Origin: Pelagomonas calceolata
Lineage: Eukaryota
Direction: 5' to 3'
DNA: 64,000 nucleotides
Assembly (NCBI GenBank): GCA_918797485.1
Contig: CAKKNE010000002.1
Span: forward strand, 310,001-374,000
A model generated the notes under the pieces. That model was not told where the DNA came from and made no database searches. It saw only the letters and a program-made list of their open reading frames with translations. Every line of letters starts with the position of its first letter. Within the stretch, counting starts at the first letter, position 1. Both the position numbers and the translations under genes were made by a program. Of this stretch, positions 54,766 to 64,000 are shown one piece after another.

Positions 54766-56142
54766 TTAGAAGTGCCCCAGCGCGTCGTCGTCCGTGTCCG
54801 GGACGACCTGCGGCACCGCGCCGTCGACGTCGACGACGACGGCCTCGTCGGCCAGGCCGCACGTGTTCGCGTCGAACTGCAGGCGGATGAAGCCCGACTC
54901 GCCCCAGGCCGTCGACCACGAGTTGCGCACGATCCAGTACGGCTCCGGCCCCGTGCTGTCGAAGCCCACGACCTGCACGCAGTGGTCCAGGTCCAGGTAG
55001 TTCGCCGAGCAGGCCGACGCCTTGAGCACGCCGCCGGTATAGTCGTCCCAGAGCGACGCGTCGACGCAGACACTTACGGGCGTCGTCCGCACGACGTCCG
55101 CGAGCTGGCCGAGGTCCTGGTCCTCGCACGCGCCGTCGCAGGGCGGCGTCGCGAAGCTATAGGCGCCGACGCTCGCCGAGGGGCCCACGTAGTAGCCCTC
55201 GTGCTTCAACACATCAAGGTCGCGGTCGCAGTCCTCCGTGCACGCCGCGTCGAGGCAGCCGTCCTTCGGGATGAGGCCCTGGGCGTAGGGCCAGAAGGCC
55301 GCCGGCGCGAGGCCCACGCTGTCGGCCATGACCTCGAAGGCCGAGGTCGTGTCGCCGCCGGCGCAGCCGAAGACGCCGTTCTTCGCGCCGCCGCAGGACG
55401 TCGCCTGCTGCGCGCTGAAGACCGTCGGCGGCCCTCCATTCAAAAAGAAGGCCGTCTCGACCTGCTGCACGGCGCTAAAGGCCCAGCACGAGCCGCACTG
55501 GCCCTGGTTCTTCACGGGCGTGAGCGCGCCGTCGACGGCGCGCCAGTCGACGCGGTCCGCGGCATCAAAGGAAACGCCGCGCTTGCGCGCGGCGGCGGTG
55601 AGCTTGTTCGTATCGGCCGCGCGCGGCGCGCGCATGTAGGCGTCGGCGCGGCCGCGGCCGGCGCGGCCGCGCGGGAACGCGCGCGCGCCCGGCGCGCGGT
55701 CGCTCGCCGGCGTCAGGCCGAAGACGCGGCTGCCGTGTTCCAGATTCCGCGCGTCCAACTCCGCGACGCGCCGCTCGAACCAGGCCTTCCGTTTTACGTC
55801 CTCCTCGGCGTCGTAGTGCTTGCCGAAGCGCTTTTTAAACTCGGCCCACGGTACGCTGATGGACTCGACGAGGGCCTCCACTTTGATAGGTGAAGAGTCG
55901 AGGGAGTCGATGCTCGGCTCGACCTGCACGCAGTCGTCGCCGCAGCTGAACTGGCCCGTGACGGCGCCGAGCCCGAGCACCGACGCGATGCCGACCGCGG
56001 AGATGGCCAGCGCGCCGCGCCACCGCGGCGAGGGGAACTTCGCCGCTGGTTGGCCGGGGTGCGGGGTGAGCGGCGTCGTCTCGCGCGGCGTCTCGGCGTC
56101 GTCCTCTTGTTCGTCCTCGCGGACCGTGGGCAGCGGCGCCAT
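54766..56142 (-). CDS. Papain-family (C1A) cysteine protease with N-terminal TM anchor
   Basis: VDWR, VKNQGQCGSCWAFS, LDHCVQVVGF, YWIVRNSW. Confidence 0.93.
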   Translation of the reverse strand: MAPLPTVREDEQEDDAETPRETTPLTPHPGQPAAKFPSPRWRGALAISAVGIASVLGLGAVTGQFSCGDDCVQVEPSIDSLDSSPIKVEALVESISVPWAEFKKRFGKHYDAEEDVKRKAWFERRVAELDARNLEHGSRVFGLTPASDRAPGARAFPRGRAGRGRADAYMRAPRAADTNKLTAAARKRGVSFDAADRVDWRAVDGALTPVKNQGQCGSCWAFSAVQQVETAFFLNGGPPTVFSAQQATSCGGAKNGVFGCAGGDTTSAFEVMADSVGLAPAAFWPYAQGLIPKDGCLDAACTEDCDRDLDVLKHEGYYVGPSASVGAYSFATPPCDGACEDQDLGQLADVVRTTPVSVCVDASLWDDYTGGVLKASACSANYLDLDHCVQVVGFDSTGPEPYWIVRNSWSTAWGESGFIRLQFDANTCGLADEAVVVDVDGAVPQVVPDTDDDALGHF

Positions 56143-56460
56143 CGTTTGCTGCTGCCGCGCGGTTGGGGGCAGCGTATCGTGCACGCTTAGCCGCGGGAGC
56201 TTCGAATTTGCGATGGTGCTTCCCCGTGGCTCGAGATGGAACCAAAGGAAACTTAAGCTTGGCCTGACTGCGGTCCTCTCCCAAATGACCCTTGAGGTCC
56301 TCGGCACATCCCCCTGGAGGTCTCTCTTTGCCCGCGCGATACGTGGGGTCGCGATACGTGGGGTTCAAATGTCACCTGCCTGGTGTAGGGTAATGGCAGG
56401 GTAGCAATTGACAAAAAAAACTTACCGGCCGAGCGGTCGACGACCGAAAAAACCTCTGGC

Positions 56461-56489
56461 TAGTATGAGATATATATGGCTATAGTAAC

Positions 56490-56520
<31 letters not shown>

Positions 56521-56532
56521 CTAAAAAAAAAT
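56461..56532. repeat. (TA)n microsatellite and AT-rich tract
   Basis: tatatatata...tacatatacatata followed by an A-run. Confidence 0.9.
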
Positions 56533-57399
56533 AGGTCTAAAAACGGGTTTAACTCGGGTCTGCGGCTTTTTTAGACTTGCATAGGACTATTTATCTCCTC
56601 TATCAATATCTGACCGCTCCAAACTCCAGCCGCAGCAAAAAAAGGAGCTAGCGTAATCGACATACTAGCAAATTCAAAGATACGCTTCGATAGCGTCAAA
56701 AGAATGACTCAAATTCAGAATACATCCTAGTCGTTCGCCGAGACCAAATATTTGAGAGTAGCGGTCCGGGAACATACCCTCGCGCCTCCCGGAAGGCACC
56801 GCCCACGACATTCGCGGATGAGTCTTACGATCGGTCCAAGGTGGTCCAGCGCCAACACAGCAAGACCACTGCGACGTTTCTGTTCAAGCAAACGAGCAAC
56901 AACTGATGCCTACGGAGACGTCGCCCGGCATCGTTATCAGATGGCCGCGTCTGTGAGGCTCCCGTTGGGGAGTCTTGGGCTCCCCAACGGGTTCTATTGC
57001 CGGGCGCGGCGGTTGGCACGGTGTGGTCGATGCGCCGCGGCGATGGCGTGCGTGGAACGCTGCCGCGAGTAGGTGTAAATGTCTCACGCTATCCGAGAGA
57101 AGTAGGTGAACGCGATAACTTCTTGTTACCGTAGCGTTACTAGCGGTGGAGTGTGGAGCTTAGCCCGCGGGTACTCGGCGGCCGCGATTCCACAACCGAG
57201 CGTCAGTTTTGAAAAAAACCCCTCGCGAAATTGAAAAAAACCCTCCTATCGCTAAAAATGTTACCGGTCCCTAGAGGGTCACTTTAGCTCCGTTTTCCAC
57301 CCTGGGTAATGGCTAGTAGGAGCGCGTGCGCGCACGTAAAGGTACGCCTCGATAGCTTCATACTTAGTTTAAACGAACTTGCGGACGAGAGAAACGAGC

Positions 57400-58590
57400 T
57401 CACGCCTTCTCGGCGTGCGCGTAGGAGTGGACGTAGTCCATCGCGTGCTGGGCCGGGTCCTCCGCGACGAGGTCGACGTACTTGGCGAACATGTCGTCGG
57501 CCATCGCCGCGGCCTCGCCCGGCGACCGGCCCGCCCGCGTCGCGCCGCTCACGAACGTCGAGTTGGACCACGTCCGCGTCGTCGGCACGAAGTACTCCGC
57601 GGCGGCGCGCGCGTCCGTCTTCGGGCCGCTGACCCACTCCTCGTGGTAAGGGCAGGGCACGACGTCGGTCTCGATGGACCGGAGCGCCAGGCCGACGAAC
57701 GGGTTCTCGAAGGCCGCGCGGCACGCGTCGAGCGCGCGGTACTCGTTGGGGAAGTTCGTCTGCGCGTGGACCTCGGCGCCCGCGACCTTGAGCCAGAGGT
57801 CGGAGAAGTTCGAGTGCATGCACTGCTTGCCCGGCGTGCGCCCCAGGAACGAGCCATTCTCGTCGGTGGCGAAGTTCGCGACGACGAGCTGGCCGCCGGG
57901 CTTGAGCTCCGCGGCCCGCTTCGAGAGGATGCGCGTCCAGTCCTTGCGCGCGCGCTCGCCGAACGCCTTCTTCGTCGCCGGGTCCGCGGTGCAGGCCGAG
58001 TGGAGCGCGTCGGGAATGTCCGCCGGGCACGACGTGAGCCAGTGGAACGCTGTGGCCGAGAAGCTCAGATCGATGGACTCGGGCGCGAAGCAGCTCTCGT
58101 AGAACGACGTGCCGACGGCGACGGCGTAGACGTTGCCGTCCGGCTCGTAGTACGTCTCGGGGCCGCCCTCGATGTGTCCCTGGACGAGCTTGAAGAGCGA
58201 CTGCCAGTCGTTCTGGGCCTGGTCCTCGTAGCCGACTATTATCGCAGTGTCGGGCTCCGCGGCGCGGACGCGCGCCACGACGTTTCGCATGAGCGGGAGG
58301 GACGTGCCGCCGTCGGCCGTGCCGAAGTCCGCGATGTGAAACGGCTCGCCGGCGGCGCCCCGCGTCTTGCGCGCCGCCAGCGCGCGCTCGGTGGCCTCCC
58401 GCACCAGCGGGCCGCACCGCGCGATAACGTCGAAGCACCCTTTCGTCGACGCGGTGTACGTGCCCTCGCCGGCGACGCCCCAGGGCACGTGCTTGCCGCC
58501 CGCCTCCGCGGCGAGGTGGCGCCGGCGGCTGGCGCCAGCGATGCGCCGCGGTGCAACACGACCAAGTGCTACTGCAGCTCTGCGGTGCAT
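57400..58590 (-). CDS. SABATH-family SAM-dependent methyltransferase with mitochondrial-type presequence
   Basis: IADFGTADGGTS, DQAQNDWQSLF, GTSFY, SFSATAFHWL, RAAELKPGGQLV. Confidence 0.85.
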   Translation of the reverse strand: MHRRAAVALGRVAPRRIAGASRRRHLAAEAGGKHVPWGVAGEGTYTASTKGCFDVIARCGPLVREATERALAARKTRGAAGEPFHIADFGTADGGTSLPLMRNVVARVRAAEPDTAIIVGYEDQAQNDWQSLFKLVQGHIEGGPETYYEPDGNVYAVAVGTSFYESCFAPESIDLSFSATAFHWLTSCPADIPDALHSACTADPATKKAFGERARKDWTRILSKRAAELKPGGQLVVANFATDENGSFLGRTPGKQCMHSNFSDLWLKVAGAEVHAQTNFPNEYRALDACRAAFENPFVGLALRSIETDVVPCPYHEEWVSGPKTDARAAAEYFVPTTRTWSNSTFVSGATRAGRSPGEAAAMADDMFAKYVDLVAEDPAQHAMDYVHSYAHAEKA

Positions 58591-58981
58591 TGCTGTTCGA
58601 AATTGCTAATTAATGGTTCACAGCAATGATAACAACTAGAAATTCGCCCTGCGGAGTTGTCGCAGAGTGCATACAGCGAGCTCTCGTCGGTCGGTGTGCA
58701 AACTGAGCCATTGCTGCTCTCTGACACCCCGGAGGCGAATAATCGGGTTCCAAACATCGAAAAGACGCCGGCAATCGACGTCTCCTCTCAAACAAGGTGC
58801 GACAATCGATGCTTGGGGCTTCGAAATTGACGTTTTTGCACAGGTTCACCAGCGTGGTCGCAGTTCAGAGCTGGAGGCAGGCGAACACCTGGCATTTTGC
58901 ACGATAGACGGCCACAACCCGCTGCAACAAGTCAGTGGTAGTCGCTGAGCAAGCGCAAAAGCTCGAAGCGTGCGCGCAGCC

Positions 58982-61947
58982 ATGTATTCAAGAGCCTCAG
59001 CGCGTGCCCAGGCCTTGGCGACGTCGAAAGTGGCACCGCGTTGCAAGTCCACGCGCGCTGCGCCATTGAGGACGTCCGGGGGACGCGCCGTACCGCGGGC
59101 GGCGGCATTGCAGAAGGCGTCGGCGAGCACCGCGTTGCAGCGCGCGGCACCGACGGCGGCGCCGATGAAAGCGCCGACGAAAGCTGCCACGCGCAGCAAG
59201 TCCATGGCCGCGGCCAGCGTGGCGCCCGCGTCGACGTGGCTGACGACGCGCGCCTTGCCGAACGACCTGGGCGAGATCCACATAGTCTCGTCGGGGCTCC
59301 TCGAGTCCGACACGCCCGGGAACGGCGGCCTCCGAGTATGGAATTACGCCGACAAGGCCGCGGCGACGAAGGAGGCCGAGGGCCTCGCCGTGGCCATGTC
59401 GGCGAAGCACAAGACCTACAACACGGGCTTCGCCGGCGCGAAGGTCGTCTGCGCGGCGGACAAGCCCGTCGCCGACTGGACCGCGGTCGCCGTCTGCGTG
59501 GAAATCAACATTTCACTGCGCGTTCGTGCTGAATCGTTGCGTCGTCCTCCACGCCATCGACGCGACGCCTGCTCGATGGCGTGGCGATGCCGGTTCCTCG
59601 CCGCTCGACCGAGCCAGGACAGCCGCGTCGTCGCCGAGGAATGACTGAGTGAAGAATTATCGGGTGCACCCGACGCACTGGTTGATTTCCACACAGGCCG
59701 ACCGCGAGACCCTCCTCGATGCGACGGCGTCCCTGCTCGAGGAGCTCGACGGCGCCATGTACACGGGCTGCGACATGAACACGACGCCGGCCATGATGCA
59801 GTCGCTGCACGACCGGTGCGGGGGCCGCTACGTCCTGGCGGCGCTCGCGAACGAGACGTGCTGCCCGAACACGGCGACGGCCGCGGGCGTCCTGGGCGCG
59901 GTGACGGCGTGCGTCGACGGCGACGTGCGGGGCAAGACTTTTGTGGTTCACGGCTGCGGCGGCGTGGGCGGCGCCGTCGCTGCGGGTCTTGTGGAGCTCG
60001 GCGCGGCCTCGGTCAAGACGGTGGACCTCGACCTGAAACGGGCCGCGATCCCGGGCTGCGAGGTCCTGGACCCCGAGGCCAAGTGGTGGGCCGTCGACTG
60101 CGACGCGCTCGTGCCCTGCTCGGCGTCCGGCGTCCTGACGGCGGAACGGGCGTCCGAGCTCATTTGCCGGTCCGTCGTCGGCGCGTCGAACCTGCCCTTC
60201 GCGTCCGTCGAGGCGCGCCGCGTCGCGGAGGCGCGGTGCGTCGTCGCGCCCGAGGGCGTCACGTCCGCCGGCGCCGTGATCGTGGACTCGATCGAGCACT
60301 ACGCCCCGCTCAACTTCCGCGAGGCGCCGCCGTCCAAGGTGTACGACTTCACGTTCGAGGCGGTGCGAGCGAAGACGGACGAGCTGCTGGCGGCGGCGGC
60401 GGCGGACGGCGTGTCGCCCACGGTGGCCATCCCGCTCGTCGAGGAGGCCGACCCGCGGCGCATCGGCGAGCGCTACTCGTCGTGGCTGGCCACGGACGCG
60501 CGGGACCGGGTCGGCGGTTTTTTGCAGGAGCACGTGGCGGCCGCGCGCCCGGCGGCCCCGGCGCCGACCGGCGCGCGGCGGCCGCCGCAGAAGATGGCCG
60601 GCCGGCGGTCGTTCTCGACGACGAGCGCGCGGACGTGCGACACGCTCGTCGTCGGCGGCGGCGTCATGGGCCTGAACATCGCCTACCAGCTGAAGCGGCG
60701 CGACCCGGATCATCAAGTCACGGTCCTCGAGGCCGCGCCGGCGCTCGGCGCCGGCTCGAGCGGCTACTCGACGGGCTTCCAGCGGGCCTACTACTCGTTC
60801 GACGAGACCATGGGCTTCGCCTTAGATGGGATCAACGCGCACAAGAACTGGCAGGACTACCTCGCCGACACGAGCGCCGTGGCTAGGTTCGTCGAGACGG
60901 GCGCGCTCTGGATGCTAGGCTACGACGAGGCGCAGAACGCGGCCATGGTCGAGCGATTGGCCAAGTTCGGCGTCGGCGCCGACGTCCTGGACGAGGCCGC
61001 GATGGGCGAGCGCTTCCCGCTTATCAATTGTGATCCCATGCCCAAGTTCGACGCCGAGGGCAACGAGGTCGACCAGGGGCTCGGGGCCTTCTCGGCCGTC
61101 TACGAGCACGGCTGCGGGCACATGGACTCGTCGACGTGCCTCGAGGACCTCCACCGCGCGTGCGTGCGCGACGGCGTGGACTTTCGGTTCAAGACCAAGG
61201 TCGCCAAGTTCACGCTCGACGGCGGCCGGTGCACGGGCGCGCAGCTCGCGGACGGCTCCGCCATCGAGGCGGCGACGACGGTCAACGCCGCGGGGCCCTG
61301 GTTCAACGCTCTCAACGAGACCGTGGGCGTGAAGAACTCGACGACGTCGCTGCCGACGCGCATCCAGGTGGGCCACAAGTACATCCCCGACGAGTACTGC
61401 TCGCTGCCCTTCGTCGCGGACGGCTGGGGCGACTCGGGCATCTACTTCATGCCCCGCGCGGGCAACAACCAACTCGTGTTTGGTTCTGTTGCGCACCGGT
61501 TCGAGAGCGAGATCGTGGACCCGGACGACTACAACGACGCCCTCGACCCGGACGTGAAGCGGGACTCGGTGTAGAAATCAAATTGTCGCGGCGCGCTCGC
61601 GTACCCGACTCACTGATCGATTTCCACACAGGCAGGACTACCTTAACTGCCTCTTCCACCGCCTGCCCGGCCTCGAGACGTCCGGCGAGATCGTCGGCTT
61701 CTCGAGCATGTACACGGTCAACCAGGACGACGTGCATCCGGTCATCGGCGAGTCGAACGTCCCGGGCCTCTGGGCCTGCAACGGCTTCTCCGGCCACGGC
61801 TTCAAGCTCGCGCCGGCCGTCGGGTCGCTCGTGGCCCAGCAGATCACGGGACTCAAGACGGACGCGTGGGAGACGTCCGTGGCGCACGACTTCATGGGGC
61901 CCGGCCGCGAGCCCCTGACCCTCAAGGTGAAGACGCACTTCGCGTGA
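58982..61947 (+). CDS. Glu/Leu/Phe/Val dehydrogenase + FAD-dependent DAO/sarcosine-oxidase-like fusion; exons 58982-59485, 59697-61558, 61632-61947 (893 aa)
   Basis: GGLRVW, MSAKH...AGAKVV, YTGCDMNT, HGCGGVG, VVGASN; then VVGGGVMG, VNAAGPW, PVIG...NGFSGHGFKLAPAVG. Confidence 0.85.
59486..59696 (+). mobile_element. Longest introner copy: 211-nt GT-AG intron, element 59494-59696
   Basis: TIR CTGCGTGGAAATCAAC / GTTGATTTCCACACAG (15/16); perfect 12-bp internal IR 59549-59584; splicing gives DWTA|ADRETLL. Confidence 0.92.
61559..61631 (+). mobile_element. Introner intron, 73 nt, GC-AG; element 61567-61631
   Basis: TSD GCGGGACT/GCAGGACT (7/8); CGGTGTAGAAATC...GATTTCCACACAG; splicing gives PDVK|QDYLNCLF. 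Confidence 0.92.
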
Positions 61948-62331
61948 ACAACGCGTCGGTGGCGTCGTCCGGCAGCTCGCTCCCCTCCCGCCCCCCCAGC
62001 GACGCGCCTCTGTTCTTAACTTTAACAAGTATGTCGAAAAGAATTCTAACATTTGCGAGACAGCTGCCGATGCTAGTGTCTTACCGATTGCTAGCAACCT
62101 CTTGTGGGGCTTGCAGTCGGTGTTGCTTGACCTGCAGGGAAGCAAGACTCGCCACATTTCGGCATTCACTGCGGGCAAGCAGAACTCGTCAAATTTCCGG
62201 CATTCTTAGCTGCTTGAGTGGCTACGTGCCAGCTGTGACGTCTTGGTGCAAACCGAGCGCTGCTCCTCGCCCGGCTGTATTCCGGGCCCAAGGTGCATTG
62301 TTAAATCTGCAAACCGAGCGTTGAGCCAGCA

Positions 62332-64000
62332 ATGCGCTCCCTGCTGCTCCTCGCCACGGCTGCCGCGGCCCTGCGCCCGCAGCCCGCACCGCGCACAACC
62401 ACAAAGCTCCGCGCGGCTGCGGCGCCGCCCGACGAGATTGCCAGGAGGCGCAACTTCGCCATCATCAGCCACCCCGACGCCGGGAAGACGACGCTCACCG
62501 AGAAACTCCTCTTGTATGGAGACGCGATCCAGCAGGCGGGCATGGTGAAGGCTCGCGCGAACGGCCGCGACTCGACGTCGGACTTTCTGGCCATGGAGAA
62601 GGAGCGCGGCATTTCTATATCGTCCACGTGTCTCACGTTCGAGTATGGCGGCGCGCGCATCAATTTGATGGACACGCCGGGCCACGCGGACTTTTCCGAG
62701 GACACTTATAGAACCCTAAGCGCGGCGGACAACGCGGTCATGCTTGTCGATGGAGGCAAGGGCCTGGAGCCGCAGACGCGGAAACTGTTTGGGGTGGCGC
62801 GGCGGTCGAACCTGCCCGTGTTTACGTTTGTGAACAAATTGGACCGGCCGGCGATGTCGCCCTGGGAGGTGCTGGACGAGATCTCGGCGGAGTTCAACCT
62901 CGAGACGGCCGTGCGCACGTTCCCCATCGGCGACGGTGAAAGATTTCGAGGTGTGTATGATGCGGCGAAAGACGAGGTCTGGCTCTACACGAGGACGGAG
63001 CGAGGCAAGAAGGCGTCGGTGGAGCGCATCTCCTGGGAGGATAGAGATGAGATCAGCGAGAAAATCGGGGATGAGGAACTCGACGCGCAGCTCGAGGAGG
63101 ACCGCGAGATGATTCGGGAGCTCACGCCGCCGTTAGATGATGAAAAACTCAAGAAGGGCGAGATGACGAGCGTCTACTTCGGCAGCGCCATGGGCGATCA
63201 AGGTGTGGAGCCTTTTCTGGACGAGTTCATCGACCTGGGGTCGCGGCCGGCTTCCAGGCCGCTGCGTGATGACAAGACGCTCGAGCCGTCGCACAGTGAA
63301 TTCGCGGGCTTTGTGTTCAAGATGCAGGCCAACTTGGATCCGAAGCACCGGGACTGCATGGCTTATGTAAGGGTCGTGTCGGGGACGTTCCGGAAAGGCA
63401 TGAAGGTCATCCATGGTCGGACGGGGCGTTCATTGACGCTCGCCACTGCCACAATGTTGTTCGGTTCGGATAGAGACGGCGTCGAGGAGGCGTTCCCGGG
63501 CGACGTCATCGGCTTGAATAATCCGGCGGGCGGCCTTTTTCAAATAGGCGACGCGCTGCACACGGGTTCGAGTGTGGCCTTCGAGCCCATCCCCTCCTTC
63601 TCGCCCGAAGTCTTCGGCTACTTGAGACCGACAGAAGTCGGCGCGTCGCGGAAGTCCTTCGCCAAGGGCGTCGACCAATTGTTGGCGGAGGGCGCCGTCC
63701 AGCGGCTGAAGGAGCGGGGCAACGACGGGCCCGATCCGTTGTTGGCGGCCGTCGGCGAGCTCCAGTTCGAGGTTGTGGTAGATAGGATGCAGGGCGAGTA
63801 CGGCGTGAGCTGCGCCGTCGAGCGCGTGTCCTACACGATCGCGCGGTGGTGCCGGCCCGAGCTCCCGGCGGACGAGGCCTGGGCTGCTGTGGATGCGGCG
63901 AAGAAGGAAGGGGCTTTGACGGGCGCCTTCTACGCCGAGGATATGTTTGGAAGGCCCGTGCTTCTGTTTAGAAACGCGTACACCGTCGAGCGCCTCGAGA
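62332..64000 (+). CDS. prfC: Peptide chain release factor 3, plastid-targeted (runs off the window; absent from the ORF track)
   Basis: MRSLLLLATAAAAL leader; RRNFAIISHPDAGKTTLTEKLLLYG, SDFLAMEKERGISIS, DTPGHADFSEDTYR, FVFKMQANLDPKHRD. Confidence 0.93.
   Translation, partial: MRSLLLLATAAAALRPQPAPRTTTKLRAAAAPPDEIARRRNFAIISHPDAGKTTLTEKLLLYGDAIQQAGMVKARANGRDSTSDFLAMEKERGISISSTCLTFEYGGARINLMDTPGHADFSEDTYRTLSAADNAVMLVDGGKGLEPQTRKLFGVARRSNLPVFTFVNKLDRPAMSPWEVLDEISAEFNLETAVRTFPIGDGERFRGVYDAAKDEVWLYTRTERGKKASVERISWEDRDEISEKIGDEELDAQLEEDREMIRELTPPLDDEKLKKGEMTSVYFGSAMGDQGVEPFLDEFIDLGSRPASRPLRDDKTLEPSHSEFAGFVFKMQANLDPKHRDCMAYVRVVSGTFRKGMKVIHGRTGRSLTLATATMLFGSDRDGVEEAFPGDVIGLNNPAGGLFQIGDALHTGSSVAFEPIPSFSPEVFGYLRPTEVGASRKSFAKGVDQLLAEGAVQRLKERGNDGPDPLLAAVGELQFEVVVDRMQGEYGVSCAVERVSYTIARWCRPELPADEAWAAVDAAKKEGALTGAFYAEDMFGRPVLLFRNAYTVERLE

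Noticed and set aside
56560..57300. AT-richer intergenic tract as a candidate ncRNA or element
   Set aside because: Only short repeats (TGAAAAAAACCC x2); no supportable structure or termini.
2936..61947. Apparent frameshifts or pseudogenes in anoctamin, ABCG, SET, eIF1A and the dehydrogenase fusion
   Set aside because: Each break is resolved by a single GY-AG intron that restores conserved motifs.
1..64000. Many long overlapping or antisense ORFs (e.g. 34705-37755, 14420-17179, 7683-10178)
   Set aside because: Arg/Ala/Gly-rich shadow frames expected from very high GC3; no motifs.

Overview
Gene-dense, very GC/CpG-rich eukaryotic nuclear DNA, most consistent with a pelagophyte alga (Pelagomonas/Aureococcus-like; inferred from gene set, plastid and mitochondrial leaders, and intron type). 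About 40 protein-coding genes are supportable. They include anoctamin, eIF1A, VPS26C, a full-size ABCG with an extracellular Cys-rich domain, HIS1, IPK, GT15, a SET protein, a UPF1-like helicase, GH28, ATP3, LTV1, FAM50/XAP5, a KAT-type aminotransferase, a papain, a SABATH methyltransferase, an amino-acid dehydrogenase/FAD-oxidoreductase fusion and plastid RF3. The strongest structure not shown by the ORF track is a set of about 10 short predicted introns. Several belong to one TIR element family (CTGTGTGGAAATC...GATTTCCACACAG). In the six copies with a recognisable left TIR the donor GT/GC lies exactly 8 nt upstream of it, at the start of a more or less decayed 8-bp target-site duplication. 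Six of the ten introns are GC-AG, with no donor consensus beyond GY. The second highlight is a head-to-head metabolic pair at 57.4-61.9 kb: a SABATH methyltransferase and a Leu/Phe-dehydrogenase + DAO-family fusion carrying an internal mitochondrial-presequence-like linker. All introns are predicted from frame logic only; no transcript data were available.
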